NCBI GenBank assembly: GCA_032718475.1
Contig: JAUCBJ010002639.1
Location: 18,069-82,068, forward strand
Length of the DNA stretch: 64,000 nucleotides
Origin: Nemertoderma westbladi
Taxonomy: Eukaryota > Animalia > Xenacoelomorpha
Direction: 5' to 3'
Below, piece by piece: positions 57,287 to 64,000 of the stretch. The notes under the pieces were generated by a model. That model saw nothing but the letters and a program-made list of their open reading frames with translations. It ran no database searches and was not told the DNA's origin. How positions within the stretch are numbered: position 1 is the first letter of the stretch; each line of letters starts with the position of its first letter. The position numbers and the translations under genes are program-made.

Positions 57287-58142
57287 TAGGGTGGTTCGTT
57301 TTTTACTTTTTTTCGATTTCATTGTTCTACCGGTGCACAAAAGTTGCCAAATGGTAAAAAAATAAGGCAAAAAAAATTTCTTTAAATTTCCTCTATATCT
57401 TCACAGATCCCAAGAGGGTTGAAATTTTGAACCGTCGCAATGCACCATAATGAGATATATAACAATATAACACATTGATGAAAGATCAAAGACTCAAGAA
57501 AGAACTTCCTCCCTGCATCAAATGTCTTCAAATTGGTCCAAACCTAGTTAGATACCAAAATTTAAATTTTTGGATCAATGGAACTAGTGCCACTAGATTA
57601 TTCTCAATTTTCGCGATGGCCAACTTTGAGTTCTCCTACGGCATTAATATTATGCTCATTATAACCGCAATGACCGACTTAGTGGGGGTAGACACCTTCA
57701 AAACGAATAGTTCTTGAGATATCGCAGAAAATGTGAAGTCATGCACAAGTCTACATACATTACAGCCTTTTTATAGCCTAACAGTTATCCATCACCAAAA
57801 TTGAGAATAAGAGTCACTTGTGCCAAAGGGTAGGTTCTGGCCATGTGCGTGGCACTACTTCCCTTAGTCCCAACTATCTAACTAAGATTGGACCCATTTG
57901 ATCACATTTGATGCATGCAGAAAGTTCTTTCTTTGAGTCATTGATCTTTCATCAATGTGTTATATTGTTATATATCTCATTATGGTGCATCGCGATGGCT
58001 CAAAATTTCAACCCCCTTGGGATCCGTGAAGATATAGACAAAATTTAAATAATTTTTTTTGCCTTACTTTTTTACCATTTAGCAACTTTTGTGCACCTGT
58101 AGAACAATAGAATCGAAAAAAAGTAAAAAACCCACCACCCTA
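57287..58142. mobile_element. Non-autonomous hAT-like fold-back element, ~265-bp TIRs, 8-bp TSD
   Basis: TAGGGTGG...CCACCCTA ends; 57287-57555 inverted to ~57873-58142; flanks ATGATTTC / ATTATTTC (7 of 8 match). Confidence 0.85.
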
Positions 58143-58467
58143 ATTATTTCAGGATTCCAATAATGGTTTGAATAATTGGTTTAGGTTGGGAATAACAGTT
58201 GTTCTCTGACATATCATATTTCGTTAAGGACCATTTTGGTTGCCGTATTTTTGGCCGCTTTTTTGCCACGTTTTCCCCGCGTTTTTGCCACGTTTTTTCC
58301 ATTGCTTGACTTTAACACAATTCATAAAATAGTATATTCTAGAATACAAAGGTAGTACGTTGAAACAACAGGACAAGGAAACAACAGGTTTAACATTATA
58401 ATTTTAAATAAATGTTAATTCCTATATTCTTTATATATTTCTCATATATTCTTTATATATTCTCATA

Positions 58468-59842
58468 TACTACTACTACTACTAGGTCGAGCGAACTCGG
58501 ACAGTGGAAATGAGATCCTTCCAGGCTTCCCGATTCTCCATAGTTGTCGCAATTTCGTTTCTCCCAAGTTCAGTATCCCTTTCAAGTTGATCTATATATG
58601 TTATGGCAGGTCGTCCACGACTACGCTTTCCATGAGTTGGTTGCCAGAGAAGTAGATCTGGTATGAACTCGTCTTTACTTCGCCAGCAGTGCCCACTGAA
58701 TCTTAATCTGCGTTCACGGAGGGTGGTTGATACAGGTGGTATTGTACCATAAAGCTCGGCGTTTGTCATGTGTTGTCTCCAGCTGATGTTTAGGGCTGCC
58801 CTTAGTAGTCTTGTGTAGCAACCATCAATTCGTTGTTCAAGTGATTTAGTCAGTGTCCAGGTCTCACCCCCGTATAAAAATACACTTTCCACTGTGGCTC
58901 GAAAGAACTTGGTCTTCAGGTGCCTGGAGAGATCTGATTTCCAGATGGTATCCATTTTTGATAGAGCTACCCAAGCCTTTGCTTTCCTAACTTCTATGTC
59001 CTTTTTGCTACTCTCTATCCATGATCCAAGGTACTGGAAGTCATCGACCTGCCTTAGTTGATTATTATCAATGGTTGTCAAGTTTCCATCAACATTAAAG
59101 GTCATGAATTCGGTCTTGGTAGCATTTATATGCAATCCAACCTCCTTAGCAGCCCTCTCCACTTTATTTAGTAGAAGCTGTGCATCTGCTAGCGTATTAG
59201 AGAGCAGGGCGATGTCATCCGCAAAGTCGGTGTCTGTGACTGTAGTTGCCGGATATCTACTACTTCTGCGTTTTTGAAGTGTGAATCCCAGATCTTCACC
59301 CTTTGTGGCCGTCCTGGCTGGCGTACTGCAAGGTGACACTTGCAGTACGCCAGCCAGGATTGAGAAAAACTCAGTTTCACCATCTGGTGAGAGTACCTGC
59401 GCTTCTGTGTCACAATATAGCAATCCAATGCCAGCAACAATTACTTCTGGTATTCCATAAGCTCTTAGGATTTCAAGCATTTTACCTCTATGGATGGAGT
59501 CGAATGCCTTCTTGAAGTCCACAAAAGTCATGACTGCGGGGAGATTCTTTGACTTAATTCCTTCAATCAGTCTCCGTAGTGCAAGTATCTGAGCTATTGT
59601 TGATCTACTTGGTCGAAATCCGTTTTGGCTCTTACGCAGTAGTTTCTCTATGTGAGGCCTAATCCTATATAGAATCATTTTATTGTATATTTTGGCAGCT
59701 ACCACAAGCAGACAGATCCCACGATAGTTTGTTGGTATGCCGAGGTCTCCTTTCTTGGGGAGAGGCTTTAGTTGACCTTTAGTCCAAATTGGTGGTGGCT
59801 TTTCCCCTTTTAACATCCGGTTGCAAACATTCAATAATGGTC
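58468..59842 (-). mobile_element. 5'-truncated RTE-clade LINE (RT ORF 58482-59834) with (TAG)n tail, inserted in an AT-rich ~22-bp minisatellite
   Basis: 'PLPKKGDL...NYRGICL', 'QNGFR..RST', 'FVDFKKAFDS', 'DFADD', 'FQYLGS', 'YGGETWTL', 'RFSGHCWR', 'RGRP'; TATATTCTTTATATATTCTCA repeats on both flanks. Confidence 0.93.
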
Positions 59843-60427
59843 TATATTATCATATATTCTTTATATATTCTCATATATTCTTTATATATTCTCATATATT
59901 CTTTATATATTCTCATATATTCTTCTATTTTTTTAATAGATTATGTTGTCGTACTGATAATGTTTTTGGCAGTTTGGAGAACAATAAATTCTTTTGAGTG
60001 TATAAACCGGGCTTTAAGGAAACATCCAACCCACACTTTATAAGGTAAAACTTCCCTTCTTTGTCGCAGACGCCTGTTGGATTTACTGGCGAAAGGAAAG
60101 GAGTTGAGAGCAGAGAGCTTATGCAAACAATAAAGTGTCATAAAGGCAATCAAAGGCGGCAAGTATTAAGACCTTTATAGAACAATTATTAGTAACTACC
60201 TTAGTATAGATACCACTGTGTGTTAGTTATCACTTTAAATTACATTCTTATGATTAACTGTCACAGAAAGACTGCTGCCGCCTGGCTACCAGTTACCAAC
60301 AGACTGCTGGCACCGGCCTACCAGTTACAGACAGGGGCGTCGCTAATTTTTACATCAATGTAATTTACTTGAACAGTGAAAAAATAATAATAAAATTAAA
60401 GGTTACTAAATTACAACACTCCAAATC

Positions 60428-60892
60428 CGGGCACGGTGTCACGCTTCTAGACGGGCACCGGGTGATGTGTCACATCTCTACCCGGGCGCGGGCGCAGGGA
60501 CACGCTTCTACACGGGCGCAGGGTCACGCTTCTACACGGGCACGGGGTGATGTGTCACGTCTCTACACGGGCGCGGGGTCATGTCTCTACACAGGTGCAG
60601 GGTCACGTCTCTAAACGGGCGCGGGGTCACGCTTCAACACGGGTGCGGGGTCACGTCTCTACACGGGCGCAGGGTCACGCTTCTACACGGGCACGGGGTG
60701 ATGTGTCACTTCTCTACCCGGGCGCGGGGTCACGTCTCTACACGGGCGCGGGGTCACGCTTCTACATGGGCACGGGGTGATGTATCACGTCTCTACTCGG
60801 GCGCGGAGTCACGTCTCTACACGGGCACGGGGTCACGTCTCTTCCCGGGCGCGGGGTCACGTCTCTACCCGGGCGTGGGGTAATGTCTCTAC
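60428..60892. repeat. GC-rich 24-bp minisatellite (CACGTCTCTACACGGGCGCGGGGT)n
   Basis: Tandem units visible; explains the HVSTRARG-repeat ORFs. Confidence 0.93.
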
Positions 60893-61614
60893 ATCCTCTT
60901 TGGTCTCATCGTTGGTCATCCTCTTTCTTTATATAAAAATCTCTGGGAGCGACAAGAATATAAACCTTGGTCCGATCAAATATATTTTGTTCGTCATTGG
61001 AAGTAAAGTCTTTAGTACGCAAAGGTTTAAGGAAACATCCAACCCACACTTGATGTGGAGGTACAGCTTCCATTCTTTGTCGCCGCAGACGCCTGTAGGA
61101 TTTACTGGCGATAGGAAAGGAGCTGACTCTGACAGCAGAGAGCTTTATGCAATCAATATAGTCTCAAAGGGAATCAAAGGCGGCAAGTATTAAGATCTAT
61201 TATTGAACAATTATTAGTAACTAACCTTAGTATAGATAGATACCATTGTATGTTAATTTATCACTTTAAATTACATTCTTATGATTAACGGTCACAGACA
61301 GACTGCTTGGCGCCTGGCTTCCGCCAAGTTTTACAACAACGTCATGACCAACTACATATACAACCCGCCAAGCTGCTGCAAAGCCCCTAAATTTAGAGGG
61401 CCAGTTATTTCTCTTACATAGAATCCCTGAAACCAGTGTCGGAGCCACTACTACTATTACTACTACTACGATCGGCATGCTGCATTGCATATATATATAT
61501 ATATATATTACATAAGAATGCTGTGCCGGCTTGTCGACAAAATTTCGCAGCCACAACACCCATCACCCATGACTTTTGCTAGATCATCCGCATTTTCAAG
61601 GCCAGTAGTGTCCT

Positions 61615-62740
61615 TTAACCCTATTAAACCCGGGGGGGGCGGGGGTCAATATGACCCCCCCACCCCCCCCCCCCCCCCACCCCGTGGTTTTTTGTTATAA
61701 TTCTGAAACAAACGCATTTGGGAATCTGAAATTTTATGACTTTTCCTAAAAATATATTGTCTTTCTAGTAGTGAAAACCGTTTTCAAAAATATTGGGTAG
61801 TGTTCAAGTTATAGCACCATTTTTTAACCCTACTTTGGCACTTTTTTTTAGACGTTTTTTGAAAATTACAGTTCATTAAATGTGATTTCTAACATCTCTA
61901 TTTATTTTACACCGGTTTTTTGGTGTTAGCAATTGGATGGAATTCATATATAAATTGATTTAGAAATTTCAAACTTGTTTTTTTTTTCGGCGGGTGCCAA
62001 ATGTTTGTGCCAGCACGAAATTTTGAAATATGTCAATTTTGTAAATTGATTGTTTGAAACTTGTTTTTTACGCAATTTGACTTTTTGGGGTTCTGGTTTC
62101 GATGGAATATATACAAGTTGCACCAAGCGTATCATACTTGTATTTTTCGGTGCTGTGTGCAAATTAAGGTGCTAGCACGAAATTTTGAAAATCCATTCAA
62201 TAGATAAAATTCCTTGTGACAATTTAATTCTTGCGTTTTAGAGGTTTGTGGCTGTTTTGAATTCAATGGAATATATAATTATCGAACTAGACATCTCAAA
62301 CTTGTATTTTTCGGAAGTGGGTGCAAAATGTGGTGTTAGCACCAAATGTTGAAAACCATCAAAAATATAAATTGATTGTGTCACCGTGTTTCTTGCGTTA
62401 TACGGGTTTTTGAGGGTTCTGAATTCAATGGAATCAGTAAAAATTTCATAAGAGTTTTCATACTTGTATTTTTCGCCTGTGGGTAAAAATTGTTGTGCCG
62501 GCACCAAATTTTCGAAAATAAGCAAATTGATCAGCAAATATCCTGCAAAGCGGAAGCGGTTCCGTTCAATAAAATTGTGATGGTATAAGGTTTTTCGAGG
62601 ACGCTGGTCACGACAACACTATTTCAAAAATATTTTCTGGAAATGTAAACATCATTTTTGGTTCCATTATGGTGCCCCAGAACGAAAAGTACTTTAAGTA
62701 GAAAAAATTTCAAACTGTTAAGTTTTCAAACCCTCTGATC
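61615..62740 (+). mobile_element. Probable non-autonomous DNA transposon remnant starting TTAA|CCCT
   Basis: TTAACCCTATTAAACCCGGGG...GGGGGTCAATATGACCCCC terminus and three ~160-bp diverged internal repeats (~61940-62520); right end not found. Confidence 0.45.
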
Positions 62741-62745
62741 ACGAT

Positions 62746-63108
62746 AGTAGTACAGTAGTAGTACAGTAGTACATTAGTACAGTAGTACAGTAGTAGTAGT
62801 AGTAGTACAGTTGTACAGTAGTAGTACAGTAGTACAGTAGTAGTACAGTAGTACAGTAGTAGTACAGTAGTAGTACAGTAGTACAGTAGTAGTACAGTAG
62901 TAGTACAGTAGTAGTATAGTAGTAGTACAGTAGTACAGTAGTAGTGCATTAGTACAGTAGTACAGTAGTAGTGCATTAGTACAGTAGTACAGTAGTAGTA
63001 CAGTAGTAGTACAGTAGTAGTGCATTAGTACAGTAGTACAGTAGTAGTGCATTAGTACAGTAGTACAGTAGTAGTACAGTAGTAGTACAGTGAAGTACAG
63101 TAGTAGTG
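62746..63108. repeat. Compound (TAG)n/(TACAG)n microsatellite
   Basis: Directly visible. Confidence 0.97.
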
Positions 63109-63214
63109 AGCGAATTTTGAGCGAATATTAATTACATATCATATTAATAATCTTTATATTATTTGCACAATCACCGAAGGAGTAAAAGTGAATTAAATCT
63201 ACATAAACTAAAGC

Positions 63215-63900
63215 TATTTTTAGCGGCATATCTGTAATACGTCCCTATTATAACAACATAAAGTATGTAACTTGTCATTATTACAGCCGAAAATGTTTTC
63301 TAAAGTTCCAACATTTATATCAGCGCCATACTTAACACGTACAGGTTCAGATAATATGCAATTGGTCAGAACATGGTCCTCGGTTTGAAATGACGTCTTG
63401 TCACACTGACACACTCTGTTCTCGGTGGTAGGGGTTCTGCTTCACCTACCCTTTTCAATTCGGAGGTCGTGTGACATAACGCGTATTCTTGTGAACCATA
63501 TCCTAACAAAGTCCGGTATGTAAACTTTACGTTGGGACTACAGTACATGTGGTTTTATTTGAACATTTATTAATTGCCGGTAAGTGTGTGAAATTTTGTC
63601 GACGATGCTGGTTTTCGACGAATTCTATCCTGAATCTCACAGAAAGGGTCAGTTCCAGAATTTAGACTCTCAATCAGTAATTTGTATCCGGGTTAGTTTT
63701 CTTTCTTACATAGATCAAATACTTTACAAAAGGGAAGTTCACTATCACGGTTTTTAAGCATCTTCGATATAAATTTCTTCCGTGCTACAGTAATACGCTA
63801 ATTCAATGGTTTAATACCCGATTCGATTAAACAAATATCTATAGGTGTCTGAACTCGCACTGATAACAATGACCTAACCTACGACTATAAACCTTTAGTA
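63215..63900 (-). mobile_element. Degenerate CR1/L2-group LINE 3' region
   Basis: 'FTRIRVMSHDLRIEKGR*SR...RVCQC...QTEDHVLTNC' C-terminal zinc motif with stops and frameshifts. Confidence 0.75.
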
Positions 63901-64000
63901 TTACACGTGTATTATTTGAGAGGCAACCTTCGGACGCATATAAAATAGAGGCAATAAGTACAGCGGCTTCAAAAACTTGTAGTTTTAAGTAAGAAGGCAT

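Noticed and set aside
60369-63052. HVSTRARG-repeat and YYCTT-repeat ORFs (and 56591-56909)
   Set aside because: Translations of mini- and microsatellites

Overview
AT-rich eukaryotic (invertebrate-like) genomic DNA with a few host genes among many mobile elements. Host genes: an intronless choline-transporter-like (SLC44/CTL) gene, a two-exon TBC1D22 RabGAP, a disrupted TEX36/HDNR-domain gene and a three-exon secreted fibrinogen-domain gene. The main feature is an ~18 kb Maverick/Polinton (adintovirus-like endogenous virus, 10811-28732) inserted next to a Penelope-like fragment. Its core ORFs are uninterrupted: pPolB, rve integrase, packaging ATPase, adenain protease, major capsid protein and two penton-like proteins. 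It also carries unusual accessory genes: a TATA-binding-protein-like ORF overlapping the end of pPolB, a PC4-like ORF, a RING finger and a DEDD-like nuclease. Its right TIR is cut off by a nest of four copies of a non-coding element whose junctions all fall at GT. Further right, an 80-bp satellite holds a CRE-like LINE fragment and a young 12.1-kb BEL/Pao LTR element that lacks RT and integrase but has an extra zinc-knuckle ORF in the env position. MITEs, RTE, L2 and CR1-like fragments, minisatellites and TA-CAG-TA-type excision footprints fill the rest. All family assignments come from motif recognition by eye; no database searches were run.
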